Shown here: one piece after another, positions 19,404-28,691 of the stretch
Layout of the letters: each line of letters opens with the position of its first letter
Numbering within the stretch: position 1 is the first letter of the stretch
NCBI GenBank assembly: GCA_040902305.1
Contig: JBBDXN010000134.1
Span: 11,920 to 75,919, forward strand
Length of the DNA stretch: 64,000 bases
Direction: 5' to 3'
Source of the DNA: Candidatus Rokuibacteriota bacterium
GTDB lineage: Bacteria > Methylomirabilota > Methylomirabilia > Rokubacteriales > CSP1-6
The notes under the pieces: generated by a model
Seen by the model: the letters and a program-made list of their open reading frames with translations, nothing else
The model's database searches: none
What the model was told of the DNA's origin: nothing
Position numbers and translations under genes: made by a program

Positions 19404-20423
19404 ATGAACATCCTGAAGTCCCTGGCGGTGAAGAACGTCGAGGAAGCCACGCGGGACATCCCGGTGATCGACTTCGCGCCGGCATTCCGGGGCGACCCGG
19501 CCGGGCTGGAGGCCGTCGCGCGCCGGCTCGAGCACGCCTGCGAGACCGTCGGCTTCTTCTACCTGGCCGGCCACGGCGTCCCAGACGGAGTGGTCGATGC
19601 GGCCTTCGCCGCGTCGCGCGAGTTCCACGCGCTCTCGGAGGCCGAGAAGCTGGGCCTGACGCTCAACGAGAACAACATCGGTTACCTGCCGGTGAACCAG
19701 TCCATCCAGAAGGCCTCGACCGTCCACAAGGCCACCCGGCCGAACTACAACGAGAGCTTCTTCATCAGCCACGACCGCGCCGCCGATCATCCGGACGTGG
19801 TGGCCGGAACCCCGCTGCGCGGGCGCAACCGGTGGCCCGACGGTCACGCCGACATGCGGGCCGCGATGGTGCGCTACTTCAAGACCCTGGAGGCGCTCGG
19901 GGAGCGGATGCTCCCGGTCCTGGCGCGGGCGCTCGGCATGCCCGCCGACCACTTCGCCCCGTTCTTCGCGGACGAGGCGCACGTCAACCTGCGCTTCCTC
20001 CACTACCCGCCGCAGGACGTGAGCGACGACGAGCAGTTCGGCCAGGGCCCGCACACCGACAACTCGTTCATCACGATCCTGGCCCGGACCGAGGTGCCGG
20101 GGCTGGCGGTGCGGCTGCCCGGAGGCGAATGGCTGGCGCCGCCGCTGATCCCGGGCACCTTCCTGGTCAACCTGGGCAACATGATGAAGCGGTGGTCCAA
20201 CGACCGCTTCCTCTCCACGCCCCACGCGGTGCTGAACGAATCCGGGACCGACCGCTACTCGATCGCGTTCTTCTACAGCCCCAACGTATCGGCCCGGATC
20301 GAGTGCCTGCCGAGCTGTACCGGTCCCGACGATCCGCCGCGCTACCCACCCGCGGTCTACGGCGATCTGGTGCTCGAGTTCTACAACGCCAACTATTTCC
20401 ACCGGAAGGGCTACGCTGAATAG
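19404..20423 (+). CDS. 2-oxoglutarate/Fe(II)-dependent oxygenase (isopenicillin-N-synthase-like)
   Basis: 339 aa from the ATG at 19404. IPVIDF, GFFYL.GHGV, and H.D...H facial triad (GPHTDNSF...STPHAV) with R.S near the end. Confidence 0.85.
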   Translation: MNILKSLAVKNVEEATRDIPVIDFAPAFRGDPAGLEAVARRLEHACETVGFFYLAGHGVPDGVVDAAFAASREFHALSEAEKLGLTLNENNIGYLPVNQSIQKASTVHKATRPNYNESFFISHDRAADHPDVVAGTPLRGRNRWPDGHADMRAAMVRYFKTLEALGERMLPVLARALGMPADHFAPFFADEAHVNLRFLHYPPQDVSDDEQFGQGPHTDNSFITILARTEVPGLAVRLPGGEWLAPPLIPGTFLVNLGNMMKRWSNDRFLSTPHAVLNESGTDRYSIAFFYSPNVSARIECLPSCTGPDDPPRYPPAVYGDLVLEFYNANYFHRKGYAE

Positions 20424-20467
20424 ACCGGCGACTTCCCCGGTCAGACTTGAGCGGAATCGAGGCGGAC

Positions 20468-20905
20468 ATGACGAGTCGCGTGATCGGACGAGGGCTGGTG
20501 ACGGCCGGGCTGCTGGGGATCTTCCTCCTGGCCGTGGGTGGGGCCTGGGATGAGGCCGACGCGGGGGATCGGGGGCGCCGAGGGCGGCACCATCATCACG
20601 GCTTCCACGGCCGGCACTTCCACGGCTCCAGCATCTTCATCGGACCCCGGTTCTACGTGGGGCCTCGCGCCTATCCTTATTATCGCTATCCCTACGGGTA
20701 TCCCTACTACGGGGGCTACTACGGGTACGCGCCGCCGCCCGTGGTCGTGACCCCGCCTCCGGTCGTCGTCACTCCGCCGCCCACCTCATACGTGGAGCGT
20801 CCGGCCAGCGACTACTGGCACTACTGCGGGGAGCCGGCCGGATACTATCCGGAGGTTCAGCAGTGCCCGGGCGGCTGGACCCGGGTCGCGCCGCGATCGG
20901 AGTAG
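20468..20905 (+). CDS. secreted His/Tyr/Pro-rich low-complexity protein
   Basis: About 145 aa with a signal peptide, an HHHHGFHGRHFHG stretch, YPYYRYPYGYPYYGGYYGY, a PPPVVVT tandem repeat and a C-terminal YWHYC...YYPEVQQCPGGW motif. The start (20447 or 20468) is uncertain. Confidence 0.55.
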   Translation: MTSRVIGRGLVTAGLLGIFLLAVGGAWDEADAGDRGRRGRHHHHGFHGRHFHGSSIFIGPRFYVGPRAYPYYRYPYGYPYYGGYYGYAPPPVVVTPPPVVVTPPPTSYVERPASDYWHYCGEPAGYYPEVQQCPGGWTRVAPRSE

Positions 20906-20928
20906 CGGATCAGGCTGCGGAGCCGAGC

Positions 20929-21669
20929 TCAGGGGTCCTGCAGGATCATCCGGCGGTAGGACTCCGCGGCCTTCAGCTTGCGGCGCCGGCCCTGCTCGGC
21001 GGCCCACTGGGTGATCATCTCGGCCGGATCCCACCCGCCCATCTGGCTCTTGTGCGCGCGCAGCGCGGCCAGCTTCACGTCCAGCACCGAGGCGATGTCC
21101 ACGTAAGTATCCGGACGCTCCGCGCCGTGGATGAACACCTGGCGGACCTCGTGGGGCTCGAGGCCTTCCGCCAGCAGCTCGGGGAAGATGAGCCGGGTAC
21201 CCGCGGAGGGGAACACCGCGTCGAGCACCACGTCGGCGGCGGCCCGGTGATCCGGGTGGTTCAGGTAGGTGGTCCCGTAGAAGCGCACGGTGGGATCGCC
21301 GGTCAGCACCGCCTCGGGACGGTGGCGACGGATCAGGCGCGTCAGCTCGCGCCGGAGGGCGATCGACGGCTCCAGCATGCCGTCCTCGTGGTCGAGGAAG
21401 ATCGTCTCCTTCACGCCCAGGATCCGGCACGCCTCACGCTGCTCGTCTTCCCGGATCGACACGAGCGCCTCGCGCGTCATGTCGAGCGGGGTGTACTTGT
21501 TGGAGCCGGCGCCCCCCCGGGTGATGCAGACCGCGACGATCTCGCAGCCCGCCCGGGCCCACTTGGCCAGCGTCCCGCCGACCGTGAACTCCTGGTCGTC
21601 CGGATGCGCGTGGATGCTCATCGCCCGCGCCGGCGCGGGCGGCTCGCTCGGCTTGGTCCTGGCGGGCAC
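20929..21669 (-). CDS. PIG-L/LmbE-family deacetylase
   Basis: AHPDD.E motif (SIHAHPDDQE), HPDH, and a C-terminal ...AH.SQ block. Start is GTG 21669 or ATG 21621. The rest of the 344-aa track ORF overlaps the upstream gene. Confidence 0.8.
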   Translation of the reverse strand: MPARTKPSEPPAPARAMSIHAHPDDQEFTVGGTLAKWARAGCEIVAVCITRGGAGSNKYTPLDMTREALVSIREDEQREACRILGVKETIFLDHEDGMLEPSIALRRELTRLIRRHRPEAVLTGDPTVRFYGTTYLNHPDHRAAADVVLDAVFPSAGTRLIFPELLAEGLEPHEVRQVFIHGAERPDTYVDIASVLDVKLAALRAHKSQMGGWDPAEMITQWAAEQGRRRKLKAAESYRRMILQDP

Positions 21670-21683
21670 GCGGCGCGGCCGGG

Positions 21684-22523
21684 CTAGCGGGCGAGCGCGT
21701 CCCAGCAGACGCGCGCCATGCGGCCGATCACGCCGTTGGCCGCGGTGAAGCCGGGGGTGCCGTCGGGCAGGGCGGCGGGCACGCGGTCGGTGTAGGCGGT
21801 GAGGATGAAGAGCGGCCGATCGCCCTGGTAGACGATGCCCGCGTCCATGAAGCCGCGCGACCCGGTCCCGGTCTTGTGCGCGATCCGGGTGCCGAGCGGG
21901 AGCTGCGAGGGCAGGCGCGCCTTGAGCTTCTGCCAGGAGAGGATGTCGAGCGCCAGCCGGCACAGCGCGGAGGTGACGCCGAGGCGCGCGGCCGCCGTCG
22001 GATCCTCGGCGCCCTTGAGGATGAGCTCCAGCAGCAGCCCCTGGTCATTGGGCGTGGTGCTGGTGACCTGATCGAGCGCGTGGTCGGGACCGAGCCGCGG
22101 GGGAATGCCGAAGCGGTGGATGGTGCGCGTCATGCCGGCCGCTTCGCAGAGGCGCTGGATCTCGCCGAGGCCGACCAGGTCCACCACGAGCCCGGTGCAG
22201 GCGTTGTCGCTGACGATGATCATCATGACCAGCGCGTCGCGGAAGGTGATCGAGAAGCCGGGCGTCAGGTGCTGGAAGGTGCCCGAGTCGTTGTCCTGGT
22301 ACCTGGCCTCGATGGTGACCTTCTGGTCCAGCGCGAGCTTGCCGTCGTGGACGGCCTTGAGCGCGGCCATCAGGATCGAGATCTTGCGCGTGCTCGCCGA
22401 GGGCACCGGCACGTCGCCGAGGCGATCGGCGCGTTGCCCGCTCGTGAGGTCCTTGAGATACCAGCTCGTCTGGAACGGCAGCGTGTCGCAGAGGGTATTG
22501 AGACGACCGGCCAGCTCTTTCAT
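21684..22523 (-). CDS. class A beta-lactamase-related serine hydrolase, no signal peptide
   Basis: 279 aa. S-x-x-K (SASTRK), SDN and KTG (HKTGTG) motifs in the canonical order and spacing. The N-terminus (MKELAGRLNTL...) is not a secretion signal. Confidence 0.8.
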   Translation of the reverse strand: MKELAGRLNTLCDTLPFQTSWYLKDLTSGQRADRLGDVPVPSASTRKISILMAALKAVHDGKLALDQKVTIEARYQDNDSGTFQHLTPGFSITFRDALVMMIIVSDNACTGLVVDLVGLGEIQRLCEAAGMTRTIHRFGIPPRLGPDHALDQVTSTTPNDQGLLLELILKGAEDPTAAARLGVTSALCRLALDILSWQKLKARLPSQLPLGTRIAHKTGTGSRGFMDAGIVYQGDRPLFILTAYTDRVPAALPDGTPGFTAANGVIGRMARVCWDALAR

Positions 22524-22527
22524 GGTG

Positions 22528-23460
22528 TTACTCCCCCAGTCCCGGCATGGTGAAGGCGGCGCGCCCGAGCTCGGCCGCGAGCGCCGCGCGCTGCTCGGGC
22601 GTGAGCGCGATCAGGGGCGGACGCACCGTGACCCAGGCGCCATCGCCGCCGTAGCGGGCGATGACCGCCTTGAGCGCGGGGATCATCGGGTAGCGCTGCA
22701 TGATGCCGCGGATCTCGTCGAGGCGCGCCTGCTGGGCGTCGGCCTCGGGGGTCTGCCACTCGCGGTGGAGCTTCGCGATGGCCCCGGGGTTCACGTTGGC
22801 GGTGGCGCTGATGCAGCCGGCGCCGCCATTGCGCATGTTGGCGAGGAGAAAGGTCTCGCTCCCCGCGAACACGTCGAAGCCGGAGGCCGCGAAGGCGTCC
22901 AGCATGGCCTTGGTATTGTTCCAGTCGCCCGAGCTGTCCTTCACGCCGGCCACGATGCCCGGGTAGGCCTTGAGCAGCCGCTCGATGAGCCCCAGCGTGA
23001 TCGGCACCTGGGAGACCGGGGGGATGTGGTAGACGTACAGGCGCAGCCGCCGGTCGCCCACCCGCTCGATCACCTCCGCGAAGCTCTTGAAGAGGCCGTC
23101 GTCGGAGACGCCCTTATAGTAGAACGGCGGTAGCATCAGCACCCCGCCGGCCCCCAGCTTCATGGCGTGCGCGGTGAGCCGCACCGAGTCGGTGAGCGCG
23201 CAGCAGCCGGTGCCCGGCATGAGCCGCCCCGGATCGACGCCCCCCGCGACCACGCGGTCGAGCAGCTCGATCTTCTCCTCGGTCGAGAGCGAGTTGGCCT
23301 CCGAGTTCGTCCCGAACACCGCCAGCCCCACGTCCTGCGACAGGAGCCAGCGGCACTGGCGGACGAAGCGCTCCGGGTCGGGGGAGAGGTCGGCCTTGAA
23401 CGGGGTGACGACGGGGGAGAGGACGCCTCTGATTCGATCAGCACGGTCGGGTGTGCTCAC
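22528..23460 (-). CDS. dihydrodipicolinate synthase/N-acetylneuraminate lyase family (class I aldolase)
   Basis: 310 aa from the GTG at 23460, preceded by GGAGGAG. VVTPF, GTNSE and YYK...Y.IP motifs with the Schiff-base Lys region (GVKDSSGD). Confidence 0.85.
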   Translation of the reverse strand: MSTPDRADRIRGVLSPVVTPFKADLSPDPERFVRQCRWLLSQDVGLAVFGTNSEANSLSTEEKIELLDRVVAGGVDPGRLMPGTGCCALTDSVRLTAHAMKLGAGGVLMLPPFYYKGVSDDGLFKSFAEVIERVGDRRLRLYVYHIPPVSQVPITLGLIERLLKAYPGIVAGVKDSSGDWNNTKAMLDAFAASGFDVFAGSETFLLANMRNGGAGCISATANVNPGAIAKLHREWQTPEADAQQARLDEIRGIMQRYPMIPALKAVIARYGGDGAWVTVRPPLIALTPEQRAALAAELGRAAFTMPGLGE

Positions 23461-23667
23461 ATCGCTCCTCCATCCAACGATAGATGGCTTACGGCCAGCT
23501 ATGGTAGCACCCTTGCCGTCGGGCGGGGGGGGGTGCCCTGCGTGGTGTGGCTTACCCGGAAATGATGACAACCGGGGTGGGCGGGCGCGGGCATACCGGC
23601 TATTACCTCACAGGGAATTGACCGCCTCCCGAGGCCTCAGGGAGTATGCGGGGGAAAGGAGAACCCC

Positions 23668-24648
23668 ATGCTTCGAGTCGGGTTCGTGGGTGCTTTGTCG
23701 TCGAGCTTCGCCGATCGGGTGCGCGCGCATCTCACCATGCCCTGTGACTTCATTCACACCGACGAGAAGAACGCGAGGGACGTGCTCCCGGACGTCGACA
23801 TCCTCGTCACGCTCGTCTTCACGAGCGAGATGGGCGCGGTGGCCAAGCGGCTCCGGCTCATCCAGGTTCCCGGTGCCGGGTTGGACCGGATCGACCGCTC
23901 GGCGATGCCGCCCGGTTCGTCGCTCGCGACGGTGCACGGGCACGAGACCGGCATCGCCGAGTACGTGCTCGGCGCCATGATCGCGCTCAGCCGGGACTTC
24001 GATCGTGTGCACACGAGCCTTCGCGCGGGCCGCTGGGATAGCCAGTGGGCGCCGGGCGTGCCGCCGCCTCCCGTCTGGCCCGAGCTTGCCGGACGGACGC
24101 TCGGCATCCTCGGCTACGGCGGCATCGGCCAGGCGGTGGCCCGGCGCGCCCGCGCGTTCGACATGCGCGTGTGCGCGATCCGCCGCAACGTCGGGCAATC
24201 GGCGGAGGACGACCTCGCCTTCCTGGGCGATATGAAGAGCCTGCCGGATGTGCTCCGGGGCGCCGACTACCTCGCGATCACCCTGCCGCTCACGCCGGAA
24301 ACGCAGGGGTTGATCGGCGAGGAGCAGCTCGAGCTCATGAAACCGACGGCCATCCTCGTGAATGTGGCGCGCGCCCAGATCGTGGATGAGGACGCGCTCT
24401 ATGTGGCCCTCGCCGAGCGGAGGATCGCGGGCGCCGCGCTCGACGTCTGGTATCGCTACCCGTCGGCGCCCGGGTCGGTCCTCCCGGCTCGGCGCCCGTT
24501 TCACGAGCTGCCGAACGTCCTCATGACCCCGCACGTCTCCGGCTGGACCGACGGGATGCTGGAGGCCCAGGCCACACTCATTGCGGAGAACATCCGCCGG
24601 ACCGCGCGCGGGGAGCGTCCCGAGAACATGGTGCCGGTGGCGCCATAG
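23668..24648 (+). CDS. D-isomer-specific 2-hydroxyacid dehydrogenase
   Basis: 326 aa. GILGYGGIGQAVARRA NAD-binding motif, VNVARA and TPHVSG. Confidence 0.85.
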   Translation: MLRVGFVGALSSSFADRVRAHLTMPCDFIHTDEKNARDVLPDVDILVTLVFTSEMGAVAKRLRLIQVPGAGLDRIDRSAMPPGSSLATVHGHETGIAEYVLGAMIALSRDFDRVHTSLRAGRWDSQWAPGVPPPPVWPELAGRTLGILGYGGIGQAVARRARAFDMRVCAIRRNVGQSAEDDLAFLGDMKSLPDVLRGADYLAITLPLTPETQGLIGEEQLELMKPTAILVNVARAQIVDEDALYVALAERRIAGAALDVWYRYPSAPGSVLPARRPFHELPNVLMTPHVSGWTDGMLEAQATLIAENIRRTARGERPENMVPVAP

Positions 24649-24649
24649 A

Positions 24650-25516
24650 ATGGCGAGTATGAAACCCAGGCCCATCACCACGCCCATGGACGAGGCGACG
24701 GCCAGCTTCGGGTCGGGCTTGCGCTGGTGGCGCGAGCGCCGCGGCTTCTCGCAGCTCGACCTGGCCGGCGCCGCCGAGACCACCCAGCGTCACCTCAGCT
24801 TTCTGGAGTCTGGGCGGGCCGGCCCGAGCCCGGAGATGATCCTGCGGCTGGCCACGGTGCTGGACATCCCACTTCGCCAGCAGAACGCTCTGCTTCTCGC
24901 GGCCGGCTTCGCGCCGGCGTGGCGCGAGAGTGATCTCTCCGCACCGGAGCTCGCGCAGGTGAACGGCGCCCTCGACTACATGCTGGCGCAGCAGGAGCCG
25001 TACCCGGCGTTCGTCGTGGACCGGCGATGGAATCTCTTGCGCGCCAATGCCGGCGCGGGGCGATTCGTCGAGTTTCTCACGGAGCCCGCCCCGGCGACGG
25101 CGGCTGCTTCCGCGGAGCCAGTGAACTTCGCGGTCGCGTTGGTGTCCCCCGATGGGCTCCGCCCCTTCATCGTCAACTGGGAGGAGGTCGCCCTGTACTT
25201 TCTCCGCGGCGTGCAGGCCGACGCCATCGCGGATGGTACGCGGCAGACGGCCGAGCTCCTCACGCGGCTGCTCGCTTTCCCCGGCCTCCCCGCGCTCTCC
25301 CAGAACCCGCCGCCGGGAGAGACCCGGGCGCCGGTCCTGATCATTCACTTCAAGAGCAAGGAGACATCGCTCCGCCTGTTCACCACGATCGCGACCCTGG
25401 GTACTCCGCATGACGTGACCTTGCAGGAGATCCGCGTCGAGTGCTTTTTCCCCATGGATGACGCCACCGCCCAGATCTTTCGGGACTGGGGCCGCGGCGC
25501 GGGAGGGCCCCGCTGA
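24650..25516 (+). CDS. XRE-family HTH regulator with MmyB-like ligand-binding domain
   Basis: 288 aa from the ATG at 24650. LR..RERRGFSQL.LA......HLSFLE.GR..PS HTH, then P.PAFVVDRRWNLLRAN, typical of MmyB-like regulators. The stop overlaps the next start. Confidence 0.75.
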   Translation: MASMKPRPITTPMDEATASFGSGLRWWRERRGFSQLDLAGAAETTQRHLSFLESGRAGPSPEMILRLATVLDIPLRQQNALLLAAGFAPAWRESDLSAPELAQVNGALDYMLAQQEPYPAFVVDRRWNLLRANAGAGRFVEFLTEPAPATAAASAEPVNFAVALVSPDGLRPFIVNWEEVALYFLRGVQADAIADGTRQTAELLTRLLAFPGLPALSQNPPPGETRAPVLIIHFKSKETSLRLFTTIATLGTPHDVTLQEIRVECFFPMDDATAQIFRDWGRGAGGPR

Positions 25517-27597
25517 TGGACGGAGAATCTCGGGTCCTCGGAGCGTGCCCGATGGACTGTCCGGACACGTGTAGCTGGGTCGTCACCGTCAAGGATGGGC
25601 GCGCGGTTCGGCTGCAGGGCGATCCCACGCACCCCTTCACGCGCGGCGTCCTGTGCAACAAGCTCGACGACTACGTCGCGTACACGCAGTCCCCCGAGCG
25701 GCTCCTGTACCCGATGCGGCGCGTCGGCCCGAAGGGAGCCGGCGACTTCGAGCGGATCTCCTGGGACGGGGCGCTCGACGAGATCGCCGAGCGGCTGAGC
25801 CGTGTCATCCGCGAGTTCGGCGCGGAAGCCATATGGCCGTACCTGGGCTCGGGCAGCATGGGGCTTCTCCAGGGCTGCTATGGGGCGGGGCGCCGGTTCT
25901 GGAACGTCGTCGGGGCCTCCCGGCACCTCATGACGATCTGCACGATCGCGGGCGGGGTGGGCACCGGCTACACGCTCGGCGACAACCGCGTCGGCATGGA
26001 CCCCGAGACTCTCCGCTTCTCGAAGCTCATCATCCTCTGGGGCAGCAACACGCTGACCACCAACCATCACCTGTGGCGCTCCATCACGACGGCGCGTCGG
26101 AACGGCGCCCACCTCGTGGTGATCGACCCGACCCGGACGCGCACCGCCGATGCCGCGGACAGCCACCTCGCGCTCGTCCCCGGGACCGACGCCGCGCTGG
26201 CGCTCGGACTCCTGCACGTCGTGCTGAGCGAGGGCGCGGAGGATCGCGACTTCATCGACCGCCACACCCTCGGCTGGGACGCGTTCCGCCGGCGCATCCT
26301 GGACTACCCGCCGGCGCGCGTCGCCCTAGTCTGCGGCCTCCCGGTCGACGCGATCGTGGAGCTGGGGAAGCGGATCGCCCGCACGCGCCCCACGGGCATC
26401 CGGGTGACGATGGGGCTCCAGCGACACGGCGGGGGCGGGATGGCGGTGCGGACCATCACCTGCATCCCGGGCGTCACCGGCGACTGGCGATATCCCGGCG
26501 GCGGCGTCGGCTACGACACGCGGGGCTTCTTCGGCGTGAACTGGGCGGGGCTCTATCGGGATGATCTGCGGAAGACCCCCGCGCGCGCACTGAGCATGAC
26601 CCGTCTCGGCGAGGGCCTCCTCGAGGTAACGGACCCGCCGGTCAAGGCCTTGTTCGTCTACGCGAGCAACCCGGCCGCCAGCGTGCCGCACCAGACGAAG
26701 ATCCGGCGGGGGCTCGCGCGGCCCGACCTCTTCACGGTGGCGGTCGAGCACTTCCGGACGGACACCGTCGAGTACGCGGATATCGTGCTCCCCGCCACGA
26801 TGCAGCTCGAACACGCGGACGTCCAGATCTCGTACGGGCACCTCTACATCTCGTGGAACGAGCCCGCGGTGGCGCCGCCCGCGGAGTGCCTGCCCACCAC
26901 CGAGATCTTCCGGCGTCTGGCGCGGCGCCTGGGTCTGGACGTGCCCTGCCTCTACGACAGTGACGAGGATCTGGCGCGCCAGCTCCTCGACTCGGATCAC
27001 CCGTCGCTCCGCGGCATCACGTTCGACGCCCTGAGGACGCGGGGGTGGATGCGGCTCGCCGTCCCGGAGCCGTTCGTACCGTTCGCCGACGGCTTCCCCG
27101 CGCCGTCCGGGAAGCTCGAGTTCTACACCGCTCGCATGACCGAGGCGGGGCTCGACCCGCTCGCGGGCTACACGCCGCCCTACGAGGCGGCCCAGCGCGG
27201 CACGCCGCTGGCCGCCCGGTACCCGCTGGCTCTGATCGCGGGTGCCGACCACTACTTCCTGAACTCGGTGTTCGCGAACGTCCCCACCCAGACGCGGCGC
27301 TCCGGCCCGACGACCATCCGCGTCCACCCCGAGGACGCGACCCCCCGGCGGCTCGAGACCGGCTGCGAGGCCCGCGTCTTCAACGACCGCGGCGCGTTCG
27401 TCGCGCGGGTGGAGGTGACCCCGCGGGTCCGGCCGGGCGTGGTCGCCAGCACCAAGGGGCGCTGGCCACGGCTGTCGAAGGACGGCGCGACCGTCAACGC
27501 CACCGTGGACGAGCGAGACGCCGACATGGGTGGCGGAGCGGTCTTCCACGACAACCGCGTGGAGATTGAACGACTCTTTGTAGGCGAGAGCAGCTAG
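25516..27597 (+). CDS. molybdopterin-dependent oxidoreductase (MopB superfamily, single-subunit type)
   Basis: 693 aa. N-terminal CPMDCPDTCS Cys cluster, MopB body and a C-terminal beta-barrel molybdopterin-binding domain (V.IHP.DA..RG...G..V.V.N.RG). Confidence 0.88.
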   Translation: MDGESRVLGACPMDCPDTCSWVVTVKDGRAVRLQGDPTHPFTRGVLCNKLDDYVAYTQSPERLLYPMRRVGPKGAGDFERISWDGALDEIAERLSRVIREFGAEAIWPYLGSGSMGLLQGCYGAGRRFWNVVGASRHLMTICTIAGGVGTGYTLGDNRVGMDPETLRFSKLIILWGSNTLTTNHHLWRSITTARRNGAHLVVIDPTRTRTADAADSHLALVPGTDAALALGLLHVVLSEGAEDRDFIDRHTLGWDAFRRRILDYPPARVALVCGLPVDAIVELGKRIARTRPTGIRVTMGLQRHGGGGMAVRTITCIPGVTGDWRYPGGGVGYDTRGFFGVNWAGLYRDDLRKTPARALSMTRLGEGLLEVTDPPVKALFVYASNPAASVPHQTKIRRGLARPDLFTVAVEHFRTDTVEYADIVLPATMQLEHADVQISYGHLYISWNEPAVAPPAECLPTTEIFRRLARRLGLDVPCLYDSDEDLARQLLDSDHPSLRGITFDALRTRGWMRLAVPEPFVPFADGFPAPSGKLEFYTARMTEAGLDPLAGYTPPYEAAQRGTPLAARYPLALIAGADHYFLNSVFANVPTQTRRSGPTTIRVHPEDATPRRLETGCEARVFNDRGAFVARVEVTPRVRPGVVASTKGRWPRLSKDGATVNATVDERDADMGGGAVFHDNRVEIERLFVGESS

Positions 27598-28691
27598 CTC
27601 CGGACCAACTCGGCGACCGACTTCAACGGACTGCCGTCTTTCCTTGTGATCGGCCGCCGCGCCGGCCCGGTCTGGTCCCCGAACGTGGGCTGCCAGCAGG
27701 AGTGCTTGCCCGCGCCGCCGGTCACGATCACGGTCAGGTCGTCGGCGGAGCGTACCGCGGGCACCATGGTGTCGGGCGCGTCCTTGGCGCCGCGCTGGAT
27801 CAGGTGCGCGCGGTACTCGTCACCGAGCCGCGCCAGCGGGAAGCGGGCGTGCTCGAAGAGGAACTCCTTGACCTGCCGCTTGGTGAAGCCGTCGCGCGCG
27901 ATCGTGGCGGCGTGCTCGGGGCCGAGCGAGAGCAGGGGATGGCCGCCGGCCAGGAGATTGTTGCTGCCCGCCTGGCCCATGGCGCCCGCGATCACCTTCA
28001 AGATGCCGAGGCCGGTGTAACTGAAGTGGTCCTGGATATTGTGCGGGCCCTCGCACGCGATTGCGGTGACCAGGCTCGTGGCGGCCGGGAAGCCGTGTTC
28101 AATGTGTAGTGGCTCCCACGGGTTCGCTTCCTCGTTCTCGGCCACGCAGTAGGCGATCTTGGCCGGGCTGCCCTGGGTGGCGCGGTCGCCGGTGCCGGGC
28201 AGGCCGCCGCCCACGTTCATCAGGACGAGCCGGATCGCGCGCCCGATCGTGAGGTTGGCGCGGAAGCCCTGGCCGAAGGCGTTGTAGCCCGAGTTGATGC
28301 CGACCTCTTTTGCGATCGGCCCGTTGACGATGATCAGCGGGGCCACCGGGTGCGTGGTGGCCTGGATGGAGTCGAGATTGAACGCGGGATCGGCCAGCGC
28401 CTCGACCGCGGTGAGGATGACCGGCAGGTATTCCGGCCGGCAGCCCGCCATGATCGCGTTGATCGCGATGCGCTCCACCGTGGCCTCGCCTTGGCGCGGC
28501 GGCAGCACCGCCATGACTTCGCGCGGCTCCCGATCGGTGATGCGCAGGAACTCGCGCACGTCCTCTTCGGTTGGGGGCACGATCGGCAGCCCGTCGGTCC
28601 AGCCCTGCCCCTGATAGTGCCGGTTGATCTCCGAGTAGCCGCCCTTGAGGCGGAAGATCTTGGCCGCCGGGCCCGAGGCGGACACGCTCAT
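27594..28691 (-). CDS. conserved hypothetical protein (last gene of the UGSC operon)
   Basis: 365 aa with coding-like composition. The ATG overlaps the UGSC gene stop (ATGA). I cannot assign a family to the motif WTDGLPIVPPT. Confidence 0.7.
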   Translation of the reverse strand: MSVSASGPAAKIFRLKGGYSEINRHYQGQGWTDGLPIVPPTEEDVREFLRITDREPREVMAVLPPRQGEATVERIAINAIMAGCRPEYLPVILTAVEALADPAFNLDSIQATTHPVAPLIIVNGPIAKEVGINSGYNAFGQGFRANLTIGRAIRLVLMNVGGGLPGTGDRATQGSPAKIAYCVAENEEANPWEPLHIEHGFPAATSLVTAIACEGPHNIQDHFSYTGLGILKVIAGAMGQAGSNNLLAGGHPLLSLGPEHAATIARDGFTKRQVKEFLFEHARFPLARLGDEYRAHLIQRGAKDAPDTMVPAVRSADDLTVIVTGGAGKHSCWQPTFGDQTGPARRPITRKDGSPLKSVAELVRS

